Origin: an uncultured virus (IMG/VR IMGVR_UViG_3300040974_000011) | Lineage: Duplodnaviria > Heunggongvirae > Uroviricota > Caudoviricetes | Virus record (IMG/VR): IMGVR_UViG_3300040974_000011 | Direction: 5' to 3' (one strand) | Length of the DNA stretch: 64,000 nt | Shown: positions 47,982-56,969 of the stretch, in pieces | Position numbering within the stretch: position 1 is the first letter of the stretch | Layout of the letters: every line of letters starts with the position of its first letter | Translations under genes and position numbers: made by a program | The notes under the pieces: model-generated | The model's database searches: none | What the model was told of the DNA's origin: nothing | What the model saw: the letters and a program-made list of their open reading frames with translations, nothing else

Positions 47982-49111
47982 TCTTCCGCCTCCCCCTGAA
48001 GGGTGCGGAGCGCGGTTTCGATGGCGTCGGCTCGGTCGCGCATGCCGGCTTTGCGAGCCGTGTTGTGAACGTGATCGGCAGTCCCCCGCAGCCACATGAC
48101 GAGCCCTTCCGGGGTCATGGGCCTAGGAACCTCGCGTAGCACCTCCTTCGCCTCCTCGACCGCCATGGATCCGGTCTTGAGGGTGGGCGAAGACTGGGGG
48201 GAGGGTTCGGGCGTTCTGGCTTCGCCCGTCCGGTCGTGCTCGATGGCCTGATCCTCGCCCATCGTCCGCCAGTCAGGCCACGTCCGAGCGAAATTACGAT
48301 CCTGCTTGGCCTGCATCGCCGGCAGCAGGTCTTCCGGCTTGCCGCCATGGCGCCAGAAGCCGTCCATCGCCAGGATGATGACGTCGACCCACTCGGCCAG
48401 ATCGTGCGGCTCGGCCTCGATCTCGCGAAGCTCCTTGGTGATGTGCTGGACGATGCCCTTGGTCCGCAGGGCCGGGCCGAACGTCTCCTTCGACCACGCC
48501 CATTGCCGGTGAAGGTAGGCGACGAGGTCCGCCCCCTTCTCCTTTCCTGATCCAGAGGCGAGAACGAGCTTCCCGGAGCGGTGAACTTCGTCGGATTTGA
48601 TCGCCGATCGCAGATCCATAATGTAGTCCGGCAGCGTGCCGACTGATCCGTCCTTGTCGAACCAGTTTACGACCTCCAGAGCGGCTTCGCGCAACGTCAG
48701 CTCGCCTTCGAAGCGATCGCCGGGGAAGTCTGCTCTCAGCCGTTCCAGTTCGCCACCATCCCCATCCCCGCTTGAGGAGACGGGTGCGGCGGCGACATGC
48801 TCGGCCCATTGGCTCGCATCGGTGATGACGCGGGCCAGCCGCTCGCCGTCGACGTCGCTTCGGACGAAGTTGGACAGCCGCGCTCGATCCGTAGCGGTGG
48901 AGTAGACGGTCAGGCCGTCTCGGACGGACAGGGCCACCGGCATCCGCGCCATGTACTGCCGGATCCAGGCGTCCCGCTTCTCGCAGTACTCCGCGTGGGT
49001 TTGTGCCCAGCCGGAGATGCCGGTTGCGTGCCCTCGCCCGTAGGCGTCGCGCAGGGCCTTCGCGAGATCACCGTCTCGGACGGACGGGGCTGTATTGGTG
49101 GGGGTGTGCAT
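47978..49111 (-). CDS. DUF550-like dATP/dGTP pyrophosphohydrolase domain protein
   Basis: QWAWSKETFGP..RTKG...HITKELREI...EWVDVIILAMDG.WR. Confidence 0.8.
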   Translation of the reverse strand: MHTPTNTAPSVRDGDLAKALRDAYGRGHATGISGWAQTHAEYCEKRDAWIRQYMARMPVALSVRDGLTVYSTATDRARLSNFVRSDVDGERLARVITDASQWAEHVAAAPVSSSGDGDGGELERLRADFPGDRFEGELTLREAALEVVNWFDKDGSVGTLPDYIMDLRSAIKSDEVHRSGKLVLASGSGKEKGADLVAYLHRQWAWSKETFGPALRTKGIVQHITKELREIEAEPHDLAEWVDVIILAMDGFWRHGGKPEDLLPAMQAKQDRNFARTWPDWRTMGEDQAIEHDRTGEARTPEPSPQSSPTLKTGSMAVEEAKEVLREVPRPMTPEGLVMWLRGTADHVHNTARKAGMRDRADAIETALRTLQGEAEE

Positions 49112-49114
49112 GGC

Positions 49115-49606
49115 TCAAGCCTCCACCTTGGCGGGCTCAAGCAGCCGGGTGATCTCGGCAGGAAGAGCCGGCTGCGTCAGTTCGGTCGCCTGCGGGGCGG
49201 CCCAGGGCTGAGCAGGCTCGTCGCTCGGCTCCGGCCCCCAATCGATGACGATCTCGCCCGTCGCCAAGAAACGGTCGCGGAGGCGCTTGAGGGTGGCGAT
49301 GGCCCGAGAGAGGGGGTAGCGGCCATCCTCCGAATAGCCAGGCGGCTCAAACAGAAGGCAGCCTCGGCCGCCGCTCAAGCCGAGCCACTCGGCCGCAAGA
49401 TCGCTGTCGGAAAGCGCCTCAGGATGCAGAACCATGATCCAGCCGGCAATGCAGGCAGCAGTTCCGCACTCGTGGATGATCTCGATGCCTCGGCCTGACC
49501 AAGTGCTATGGGCACCCTCTGAGAAGAACGCCCGCATGTTAAACTTTTCCGGCGGCTGCGCCTCCAGATGCGCGATGAGCTTGTCGAGATTGGCGACGTT
49601 CAGCAT
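49115..49606 (-). CDS. conserved phage hypothetical protein
   Basis: FNM...CGTAACIAGW motif. Confidence 0.6.
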   Translation of the reverse strand: MLNVANLDKLIAHLEAQPPEKFNMRAFFSEGAHSTWSGRGIEIIHECGTAACIAGWIMVLHPEALSDSDLAAEWLGLSGGRGCLLFEPPGYSEDGRYPLSRAIATLKRLRDRFLATGEIVIDWGPEPSDEPAQPWAAPQATELTQPALPAEITRLLEPAKVEA

Positions 49607-49826
49607 GGCTGATCCTTCTTCGCTTCGGCTGGATTGCGGGTCGGGGGTGCGGGAGGGAGGGGTGGCGCATCGCCTTCGGCGACCGGGCCGTTGCCCTGAC
49701 GGGCCGAGCCCAAGGTCTCGGCGCTCCGCGCTGCCGTCCCTTGCGCGGGCGCCAAGAACACGACGCTGAGCGGATGCACGACGACGGGGCTGTCGAGGTC
49801 GTCGAACATCACATGGATGTAATTCC
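49600..49826 (-). pseudogene. 3' fragment of the gene interrupted by the ISL3-like transposon
   Basis: NYIHVMFDDLDSPVVVHPL continues the ...VYPGTSRNY fragment at 52938-53405. Confidence 0.75.
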
Positions 49827-49867
49827 GGGTATGCGACATTCGAGGTTGCTGAGCCCATAGCTGCCCA

Positions 49868-50356
49868 TTAGGTCGATTGTGGCTTTGGAGGTTGATGGGT
49901 CGTCTCTTGCGACGCGGTGGCCATGTCATCGAGCAAGAGCGCCGCGTCTGCATACGCCCGCTCTTGCGCATCGTCTGTCATGCAGGCTTCCTTGCCCTTG
50001 AAGGAAGACACGAACCGAAAAAGAGCATCGTATAGGGCAACCGCACGAGCCTCGGCGGCCTCCGCGCGATTAAGTGCCAACCGATGAGCCAAGCATTCTG
50101 CTTGGTACACGTCTGCGTCTACGAGACCGGCGGATTTTGTGTGTGCTACAGAGCGCGCAGCACCAATGCTTTGTCCGCATTGCTCTCGGTAGAGGCTGAC
50201 CCACAATGGCTTCCTGCCGCAGACACGGTAACCCTTGATCCAGTCCTCCAACGCTCTGTTGGTGCCTTGAGCGATTATAAGCTCTATACGCAGCCGTCTG
50301 TTTTCGGCTCGCAGACGTTTAAGCGTCTCTCGTATAGGGCCAGCAGACTCGCTCAT
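49868..50356 (-). CDS. transposon cargo hypothetical protein
   Basis: ATGA-coupled to the upstream cargo gene. Confidence 0.55.
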   Translation of the reverse strand: MSESAGPIRETLKRLRAENRRLRIELIIAQGTNRALEDWIKGYRVCGRKPLWVSLYREQCGQSIGAARSVAHTKSAGLVDADVYQAECLAHRLALNRAEAAEARAVALYDALFRFVSSFKGKEACMTDDAQERAYADAALLLDDMATASQETTHQPPKPQST

Positions 50357-50571
50357 ACTGGGTCTCTCAAGTTTGCCTGCGGCGCATCGCCCGCTTCCAT
50401 GCAGAGCGTCGGGCACCCTTCGCCCCAGCAAGTCTCAGATGTCAGCGGGAGCGGGCAATCGGAAAAGCAGGACCGACACCACTCGCCAGTTAGTCGGTCG
50501 CACATGAGATACGCGGCCGTAACGTCTTTGTGGCAGTGATCGCAGGTGATCTTCCCGTCAGCATGTCTCAT
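50353..50571 (-). CDS. transposon cargo Cys-rich small protein
   Basis: CDHC, CRSC and further Cys in 72 aa; ATGA-coupled. Confidence 0.55.
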   Translation of the reverse strand: MRHADGKITCDHCHKDVTAAYLMCDRLTGEWCRSCFSDCPLPLTSETCWGEGCPTLCMEAGDAPQANLRDPV

Positions 50572-51314
50572 TGGAGCGACTCCGCTTGGCACGCGATTGT
50601 TCGGACGACCGCAAAAGCCCGCCGATCCGCCTCCTGACGCTCGTCTATCCAAGCTCCCGGAAGGTCGTTCCCTTGTGGGAGCTTGCCGAATAGTGGAATT
50701 CCATAAGCGGCCTGCGGGCTACCGCAATAGTCACCGTAGCAACCTGCGCGCTGCCAATCAGTCGATAGACGTAGGTGTGCTTCAATGATCTGGCCGCCAA
50801 TCGACTCGACGTTGAGCGGTCCGGCGTAGTCACCAAGATGAACCCTACACCATTCATTCACCATCGTGAGTTCTGGCTCAATTGGCGCGTCATGTAGTGC
50901 CCATAGATCAAAGCGTCCGAACCGATCAGATGGGACGCCGGTTGCCTGCGCCGACCACAGGATCTGGCCTCGATCTACCAATGCATCCGTGGAGACGTGC
51001 GAGCCCTCAAGATGGTCCGCCCACATCATGCCCGGCGCATAGTCGAGATTGTCGGGATCGCTAACGAAACGGGCGCCGATCCCCATCCCGTGCAGGTTCG
51101 TGATCGGCTTGACGATCACCGGGAAACGCTTTGGCGTTACTCCGAGCGGTGCGTGAGCGTAGGTCTGAGTTTCGGCAATCAGCAGACGGTCATAGACCCA
51201 TCGGTGTTTTGGGTTGGCTATCCACGCATCCGCATCCTCCATTTCGACGAGCCATTCTGCCGGGTAGGCGGGTCCCAATCGCTTCTCGTTGTGGCGCTGC
51301 CTGAACGTGCTCAT
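50568..51314 (-). CDS. ATP-grasp-like protein (transposon cargo)
   Basis: FPVIVKPITNLHGMGIGA...LEGSHVSTD...PLNVESIGGQIIEAHLR. Confidence 0.65.
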   Translation of the reverse strand: MSTFRQRHNEKRLGPAYPAEWLVEMEDADAWIANPKHRWVYDRLLIAETQTYAHAPLGVTPKRFPVIVKPITNLHGMGIGARFVSDPDNLDYAPGMMWADHLEGSHVSTDALVDRGQILWSAQATGVPSDRFGRFDLWALHDAPIEPELTMVNEWCRVHLGDYAGPLNVESIGGQIIEAHLRLSTDWQRAGCYGDYCGSPQAAYGIPLFGKLPQGNDLPGAWIDERQEADRRAFAVVRTIACQAESLQ

Positions 51315-51349
51315 TCGATCCTCAATCCGATAACGCATTGCAACCTAAT

Positions 51350-51425
51350 CCGACATCGGATACGGGTCAATAAGCGATATCGCATTGGAGGTAGCTTTGA
51401 CTCATAAACCGATATCGGTCACAAC
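51350..51425. promoter_or_regulatory. divergent promoters with three GATATC-type operators
   Basis: CCGACATCGG 51350, GCGATATCGC 51374, CCGATATCGG 51409; TTGAC on minus at 51366-51370; TTGACT-N17-CACAAC on plus. Confidence 0.65.
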
Positions 51426-51432
51426 CGTGGCC

Positions 51433-51618
51433 GTGCCAAAAGACAAGCTCGACGACAAGACGTTGGTCCGCTTCAGAGCGGGCGTGCTCGACCGCATTGA
51501 CGCGGTGGCGGGCAAGTTCCGGCGCGCAGTTTTCATCCGCGAAGCCGTCGAGACCGCACTGACAAAGGCAGAGAAGCGGCGGCCGGGCAAAGGGGCTACC
51601 GAGGGGGAGCGGCCTTGA
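51433..51618 (+). CDS. ribbon-helix-helix-like regulator
   Basis: TLVRFRAGVLDRIDAV...RAVFIREAVETAL. Confidence 0.7.
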   Translation: MPKDKLDDKTLVRFRAGVLDRIDAVAGKFRRAVFIREAVETALTKAEKRRPGKGATEGERP

Positions 51619-52907
51619 GCGATCTGCTTCGCTTGAAGCACCTGGAGCACGTCGCCGACTACGAGGAGGGCGACAAGCTCATCATCAAAGTCCAGAGCCG
51701 GAACCCGGTCCCCGAGCGCCAGTGCTGTCTCTTTGCCACCATGATCAAGAATGGCCGGAAGCTCGGGCAGCGGTATCGCGACGAGCCGATCCGGCGGCAG
51801 ACCGTCCGGATAGAGATCGACCGACAGCGCTACAAGTGCTCAGCCTGCGGGAAGACCGGCATCTACGAGGCGCTGCCGGACATCGATATCCGGCACGACA
51901 TGACGAAGAAGCTGCTCGTGCGCATCCAGAAGGATGCAGTGGAGTGGCCGTTCAGCCATGCCGCCAAGATCAACGGTGTCGAGGCGAAGCAGGTCGAGCG
52001 GATTTTCCAGGACCATGCCGACAAGGTTCTGAAAGGATACCTGCCGAAGCTCCCGCGCGTTCTCAGCATGGACGAGAAGGTGATCCGGAAGAAGGCTCGG
52101 TTCATCATCGGCGACATTGAGAACAGCGCCATGCTCGACATGCAGATGTCGAGAAGGAAGATCGACCTCAACGAGTATTTTTCCCTGTTGCCGGGTCGCG
52201 ACGATGTCGAGGTGATTTGCCAGGACATGTGGTCCACCTACCGCGAACTGAACAAGGGCTTGTTCAAGAACGCGACGGTCGTCATTGACAAATACCACGT
52301 CCAGCGGACGGCCAACAAAGGCGTCGAGGCCGTTCGGCGGCTCTTCCAGCAGGACGTGTCGAAGGCGGAGCGCATCCACCTCAAGAACAAGCAGAGCGTC
52401 TTCCTGGCCCGCTGGGGCACCGCGAAGCCACGAACCATCAACCAGTTGAACGCCTTGTTCACGTACTTCCCCACGCTCAAGCGGGTCTACGAGTGTAAAG
52501 AGAGCTACTACGAGATTTACGACGCCGCCTCGAAGTACGAGGCAAACGAGATGATGAACCAGTGGCTCGTGGATCTACCGAAGGACCTACACCGGCCCTT
52601 CAAACCGGCGCGGGACGCGCTCAACAACTGGCGCCCGTGGATCTTGAACTACTGGGATCATCCCTATACGAACGCCTACGCCGAGAGCCTGAACAACCTG
52701 ATCGGCCGGATGAACATGCAGGGCGTCGGCTACAGCCCGGAAACCCTTCGCGCCAAGGCGCTCCTCAAGCACGGCGTGTTCGGCAAGACGCAGTGGGGCG
52801 AGTGGGTCCACATCGGGCGCGAAGGCAGCGTCCCGATGGTCTGGGACGTGGGCCTCGGGGTGCCGCTATCAACCTTAGAAGCCGACTTGGAGGCGGGCAC
52901 GTTCTGA
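51615..52907 (+). CDS. ISL3-family transposase
   Basis: QRYKCSACG zinc finger, LSMDE, CQDMWSTY, VVIDKYHV, TNAYAESLNNLI. Confidence 0.92.
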   Translation: MSDLLRLKHLEHVADYEEGDKLIIKVQSRNPVPERQCCLFATMIKNGRKLGQRYRDEPIRRQTVRIEIDRQRYKCSACGKTGIYEALPDIDIRHDMTKKLLVRIQKDAVEWPFSHAAKINGVEAKQVERIFQDHADKVLKGYLPKLPRVLSMDEKVIRKKARFIIGDIENSAMLDMQMSRRKIDLNEYFSLLPGRDDVEVICQDMWSTYRELNKGLFKNATVVIDKYHVQRTANKGVEAVRRLFQQDVSKAERIHLKNKQSVFLARWGTAKPRTINQLNALFTYFPTLKRVYECKESYYEIYDAASKYEANEMMNQWLVDLPKDLHRPFKPARDALNNWRPWILNYWDHPYTNAYAESLNNLIGRMNMQGVGYSPETLRAKALLKHGVFGKTQWGEWVHIGREGSVPMVWDVGLGVPLSTLEADLEAGTF

Positions 52908-52937
52908 GCCCAAATCACCCTTCAAAGTCGCATACCC

Positions 52938-53405
52938 GTAATTCCGAGAGGTGCCCGGGTAGACGATCTCGCCCTCGCGGCCTTCCCAGTCCTTGCCCTC
53001 GCCCGTCAGGGTAATGCGCCGGCCAATCTGCGGGTCGATGCCGTAGGATCGGCGGATGTAGCCGTAGCCATCATCAGGCGGGATGCCAGGCGCCAAGCGC
53101 ACGGTCGCGAACCGCTGGTAGTCGCGGAACGGCATGTCGAGGTCCGCATCCAGATAGGCGCGGTAGCGCGCGGCGGCGGGCGACCGGGCGGACACAGGCT
53201 TGGTGTATGCCTGTCCGTAGAGGCGCGCCGTCACCTCATAGAGGCGAACCGGTTTGGTCTTGCCGCCCGCGCGAGGGATCGAAACGGCTTGCCCGCCAGA
53301 ACGCGAAGCGGTCTGGTCCGAAGGATGAGAGCCCGGACCCGAAGGGGCGCGCCCTGTGCTCTCCGCCCCGCGGGAGGCTTGGTCTTGATCGGGGAGGGCC
53401 TTCAT
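52938..53405 (-). pseudogene. 5' fragment of the interrupted gene
   Basis: Reads to EGEIVYPGTSRNY at the target duplication. Confidence 0.7.
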
Positions 53406-53956
53406 GGCTGGGCCGCCTCAGCTTCATCTTCGGCCATATCGGCGCGAAGCTCTGCGGCACGTTCGGGGTCAACAATGTCCCAATCTGCCAGGGTCATGCA
53501 GTCCTCGCAGACGGCTTTGCCGTTGATGTTCCAGCCGCCCATCTCCTTCGCAGTCTCGTAATCGCAGCGTGAGCAGATCGCCTCGCTTCCGCGGTCCAGC
53601 CAATCGCCGCTGCCGATGCTGCTCTCCGGTCGCCCATCCCACTCGGGGACGCGCGTCGCCTCGTAGCCGCTGCGCGCCAGACAGGGCTCACACTCGCAGC
53701 CATCTGGGCCGGCGAAATCCTCGTCGTCCGCGCCTTCGCAGTCGTCACAGCGCATGAGGACCGCGGCCTCGCGCGAAGCGGCCCGGATAATCTCATGATC
53801 CCACTCGCCGGGCGTTCCGACGATCCATGTTGGCAGCGGTGGCTTCACGGCCTTCGCGACGGGCGCAACGGGAACGCTTGCTCCAGCCGGCAGCCCGGCA
53901 ACGGTAGCCGCTGCTCCAGCGGCCGCGAGGAAGGATCTGCGGCTCAGTGCTGTCAC
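53402..53956 (-). CDS. Cys-rich protein with twin-arginine-like N-terminus
   Basis: LSRRSFLAAAGAAA; several CxxC motifs. Confidence 0.6.
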   Translation of the reverse strand: MTALSRRSFLAAAGAAATVAGLPAGASVPVAPVAKAVKPPLPTWIVGTPGEWDHEIIRAASREAAVLMRCDDCEGADDEDFAGPDGCECEPCLARSGYEATRVPEWDGRPESSIGSGDWLDRGSEAICSRCDYETAKEMGGWNINGKAVCEDCMTLADWDIVDPERAAELRADMAEDEAEAAQP

Positions 53957-54708
53957 TTCTGCTCTCCCGTCGAAGGGGCTTCAGCGAGGCTGATCATCCG
54001 ATTGACGAGTGCGAGCGCAGATTGCTGAAGTTCCAGCCGGGTCGGCTCCAGCTTCTCCTTCGCGGCGTCCCCGGCGGCGTCCCAGGCGGCGGCCCCGGCG
54101 GCGGCCCAGGCGGCGTCCCCGGCGGCGGCCCAGGCGGCGTCCCAGGCGGCGGCCCCGGCGGCGGCCCTGGCGGCGGCCCTGGCGGCGGCCCAGGCGGCGG
54201 CCCCGGCGGCGGCCCAGGCGGCGGCCCAGGCGGCGGCCCCGGCGGCGGCCCTGGCGGCGGCCGCATCCTGTCTTGCCGCCTCTAGCGGGCCGCGCAGCGA
54301 TGGCGTATTCGCGAAGTCGGTGATCTCGGGCAGGCCCGACAGCGCATCGGCTTGGGTCGTCAGACCGGCGAGCCGCAGCCATGCCGGCGTATGCACTCGC
54401 ACAAGCCAGTCGGCGGCCATGGTGGCGCGGCGGTTCTCCAGTGCCTCGGATCCGCGCGTCCCGACGAGGCGTGGGATCAGCGGCAAGATCAGCGCATCGC
54501 GGTCTTCTTGCGGGAGGCCGTCGTTCCATGCGCGCATGAAGGCGCCGATGACGGGCGATGCGCAGGTCGGATGGTCGGACCAGGGCTCGCCGGCGATAAA
54601 GGCCACAGCCTCCATAGCGCACATCTCGCCTTCGCTCTCTCGGTGAGCGCCCTCAGAGAGGGTAACGACCTTGGCGAGGCGTGCGTGATCAATCGTGATG
54701 GCGGTCAT
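53953..54708 (-). CDS. phage protein with AA(W/G/R)A tandem repeats
   Basis: CAMEAVAFIAGEPWSDHPTCASP domain plus a repeat tract. Confidence 0.75.
   Translation of the reverse strand: MTAITIDHARLAKVVTLSEGAHRESEGEMCAMEAVAFIAGEPWSDHPTCASPVIGAFMRAWNDGLPQEDRDALILPLIPRLVGTRGSEALENRRATMAADWLVRVHTPAWLRLAGLTTQADALSGLPEITDFANTPSLRGPLEAARQDAAAARAAAGAAAWAAAWAAAGAAAWAAARAAARAAAGAAAWDAAWAAAGDAAWAAAGAAAWDAAGDAAKEKLEPTRLELQQSALALVNRMISLAEAPSTGEQK
54062..54262. repeat. 12-bp tandem repeat tract (GGCGGCGGCCC[C/A/T]-like)
   Basis: Seen directly; encodes AAWA/AAGA/AARA/DAAW units. Confidence 0.9.
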
Positions 54709-55456
54709 CGGGCTTCTCCAAAGATGATTGGGCGGATCGGGTTCTCGAAGGGGCTTCAGCGAGGGGACTGCGGGGGTGATCTTCGGGCGCGTCGATGTTG
54801 GCGCGAATGACCTTGAAGGTGACGGCGACGACCCACGGGTTCGCGTCCCAGGACTCGGGGCCGTTGATCGACCGCCAAAGCTCCGCGAACGCCTTCTCAG
54901 GCGTCGGGCGCGTCAGCTTCTCGCCGGCGCTGGCCGCGAAGTGGCGCCAGCCATCCTTCTCGGGCTCGCGGATCTCATAGATGCCCTCGGCGAGCGCATC
55001 CTTCGCGCTGATCTCCTGCAGCCGTTCGACCCGGACGTCCGTCACGAGAAGCGTGAGTCGCGAGGCCCAGCGCGGCATGTGGATCGACGGCCGCCAGCGA
55101 GGTTTCGATCGATCCCAGCCCGCAGCGTAGATAGCGGCCAAGTCCCGATCGGTCGGGTTGATGGTCTGCTGGACGCCCTCGCTCATCCGGTACGCGGACG
55201 ACGGGACCAGAGCGTGGTTCTCGCGCACATAGAGGCGGTCGCCGATGGCAAAGCGGCTGAAGTCCGCCCCGTGCTCCCGAACCTCCCCCTCGGTCGCGTT
55301 CACGATCCCGCCGTGAGCATTGCTGAGGTGAAAGCGATCAGACACCCCGGGCATCAGCTCGGGCTGTGGCTTCAGGATCCGCCGGGTCTGCGTCTTCCGG
55401 CCAGCGAGGAGCGCCGCGATCATCGGCGCCGAGAAGATGATGGGACGGTCAGCCAT
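54689..55456 (-). CDS. ASCH/PUA-like phage protein
   Basis: PIIFSAPM..ALLAGRKTQTRR...WRPSIHMPRWASR...WDANPWV. Confidence 0.8.
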   Translation of the reverse strand: MADRPIIFSAPMIAALLAGRKTQTRRILKPQPELMPGVSDRFHLSNAHGGIVNATEGEVREHGADFSRFAIGDRLYVRENHALVPSSAYRMSEGVQQTINPTDRDLAAIYAAGWDRSKPRWRPSIHMPRWASRLTLLVTDVRVERLQEISAKDALAEGIYEIREPEKDGWRHFAASAGEKLTRPTPEKAFAELWRSINGPESWDANPWVVAVTFKVIRANIDAPEDHPRSPLAEAPSRTRSAQSSLEKPDDRHHD

Positions 55457-55862
55457 TCCTGATCTCCTTCTCTCCGCTGGAGCGGTCGGCTTCTGAAGGG
55501 GGCTTCGGCACGTACCGGTTAGCCGTCAGCAGCTCGCGGACGGCAGCCGAGTTGCGAACGATGGGGCCGCCGCCATTGTCGAGGCGCCAGCGGCCCTCAG
55601 TGTCGGGCTCGGAGGCAAGGCGTTCCATGACCTCGCAGGGCACGCCGAAGCGCTCCCACGGGCCACAACGCTTGCCGCGGCTCGGCACATAGCGGCGGTT
55701 CGTCGTGTAGCCGACGTTGGCGTCGAGCTGCTGAGCGGTGTAGCGGCCGGCGTTCGAGAGCGACCAGTTGTAGCCGCTGTGATTTGGTCCCCAGAGCGTG
55801 ATGTACGGCTGCCGGGTCCACTTCGTGCGGAAATCGACGACGAAAAAGCGTTGCTCGCTCAT
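55449..55862 (-). CDS. hypothetical protein
   Basis: ITLWGPNHSGY...AGRY motif. Confidence 0.55.
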   Translation of the reverse strand: MSEQRFFVVDFRTKWTRQPYITLWGPNHSGYNWSLSNAGRYTAQQLDANVGYTTNRRYVPSRGKRCGPWERFGVPCEVMERLASEPDTEGRWRLDNGGGPIVRNSAAVRELLTANRYVPKPPSEADRSSGEKEIRNG

Positions 55863-56071
55863 CGTGTCCTCGCCTTCGTTGGCTTGCGGGTTTCTGCGAC
55901 GCGCCGCGCTTCCTCCACGGCCTCATCGGACCAGAAGCACTCGTTGCCGCGGCCTTGGCCCGAGACGCCGCCTGGCGCTTTCGACAGGAAGCCGCGGGCT
56001 TTCCACTTGCGGAGAAGATCAGGCGCGATGCCGAGCAGGCGGGCCACATCGCTAGTTCGACGCTCGCTCAT
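55859..56071 (-). CDS. MerR-like HTH protein
   Basis: TSDVARLLGIAPDLLRKWKARG. Confidence 0.65.
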   Translation of the reverse strand: MSERRTSDVARLLGIAPDLLRKWKARGFLSKAPGGVSGQGRGNECFWSDEAVEEARRVAETRKPTKARTR

Positions 56072-56553
56072 GCGATCTCTCCCGAGCGGTCGGCTTCTGA
56101 AACACGACGGCGGGCAGTGACGAGGACCGTCAGAGGCACGGCTTCGACGCCGGCCTCGCTGAACATCGTCGCGGCGGCCTCGAACTCGTCGGCAGGCATG
56201 GACGTCTGGCCGGGGCCGTAGACGACGGCACGGATGCCCGCCTGGATCAGCGTGCGGGCACAGGCAGCGCACGGGTGGTGGGTCACGTAGACTGAACAGC
56301 CGTCCGTCCGAATGCCGTGCTGAGCGGCGAAGGCCGAAAGGTTCGCTTCCGCATGGCTGGCAAAGAGGTACTTCGCTGGCCGCTCGCGGCGCTCGGGCAG
56401 GTCGTCCACGCCAGCCGGAGGGCCGTTGTAGGCCGTCAGCAGCACCGTCCGACCATTCGGGGCGACGAGGACCGCGCCGACCTGCGTGCTGTCCTTCGAC
56501 TTCGTGGCGGCGTGCTGAGCGAAGCCCATGAGGTAGGAGGGCCAGTCGGTCAT
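56068..56553 (-). CDS. dCMP deaminase
   Basis: SKD..QVGA...YNG...HAEAN...YVTHHPCAACA. Confidence 0.9.
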   Translation of the reverse strand: MTDWPSYLMGFAQHAATKSKDSTQVGAVLVAPNGRTVLLTAYNGPPAGVDDLPERRERPAKYLFASHAEANLSAFAAQHGIRTDGCSVYVTHHPCAACARTLIQAGIRAVVYGPGQTSMPADEFEAAATMFSEAGVEAVPLTVLVTARRRVSEADRSGEIA

Positions 56554-56969
56554 GCCGCCCTCCGCATGAACCGGCCGCGCTCATCGCGCCTCTGCGGTGG
56601 CTTGGGTCGGCCAGCGAGAGTGACGACGCGAGCCGCCTTGTATCCAGCGAGCGTCAGGTCGTAGACGAAGCGCCGAAACTCACCCATGTTGTACTTGGGC
56701 GTCCCGCGGTATGCCGCGAGGAAGAACATGAACGGCTCAAGCGGGTAGTGCCCCTTGATGCTGTTGCACTCAAAGCAAGCGATGACGAGGTTTTCGTTTC
56801 GGTCGCGAGCCGTGCCGAGTAGCTGCGGCTCAATATGATCCCGCGTCGCCTGGCAGGCTTTGTTCGCCCGAGCCTCCGGTGAGTGGGCCGGGAAGACGCG
56901 GCGGTCGCAGTAGGCGCACACGCCGCTGTGTAGCCTACGCTTCTTGCCTGGGATGACGTGCATATTCAT
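56550..56969 (-). CDS. HNH endonuclease
   Basis: CAYC...TRDHIEP...NLVIACFECNSIKG. Confidence 0.8.
   Translation of the reverse strand: MNMHVIPGKKRRLHSGVCAYCDRRVFPAHSPEARANKACQATRDHIEPQLLGTARDRNENLVIACFECNSIKGHYPLEPFMFFLAAYRGTPKYNMGEFRRFVYDLTLAGYKAARVVTLAGRPKPPQRRDERGRFMRRAA

Larger units (their letters stand above)
49827..52937 (+). mobile_element. ISL3-family transposon with passenger genes
   Basis: IRs GGGTATGCGACATTCGAGGTTG and (rc) GGGTATGCGACTTTGAAGGGTG; GTAATTCC duplicated at 49819-49826 and 52938-52945. Confidence 0.9.

Noticed and set aside
47978..49111. Z-genome (2-aminoadenine) pathway suggested by DUF550
   Set aside because: No PurZ, DatZ or phage DNA polymerase in the window
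53947..54323. Collagen-like GGPG or poly-Pro/Arg ORFs
   Set aside because: Alternative-frame readings of the 12-bp repeat inside 53953-54708
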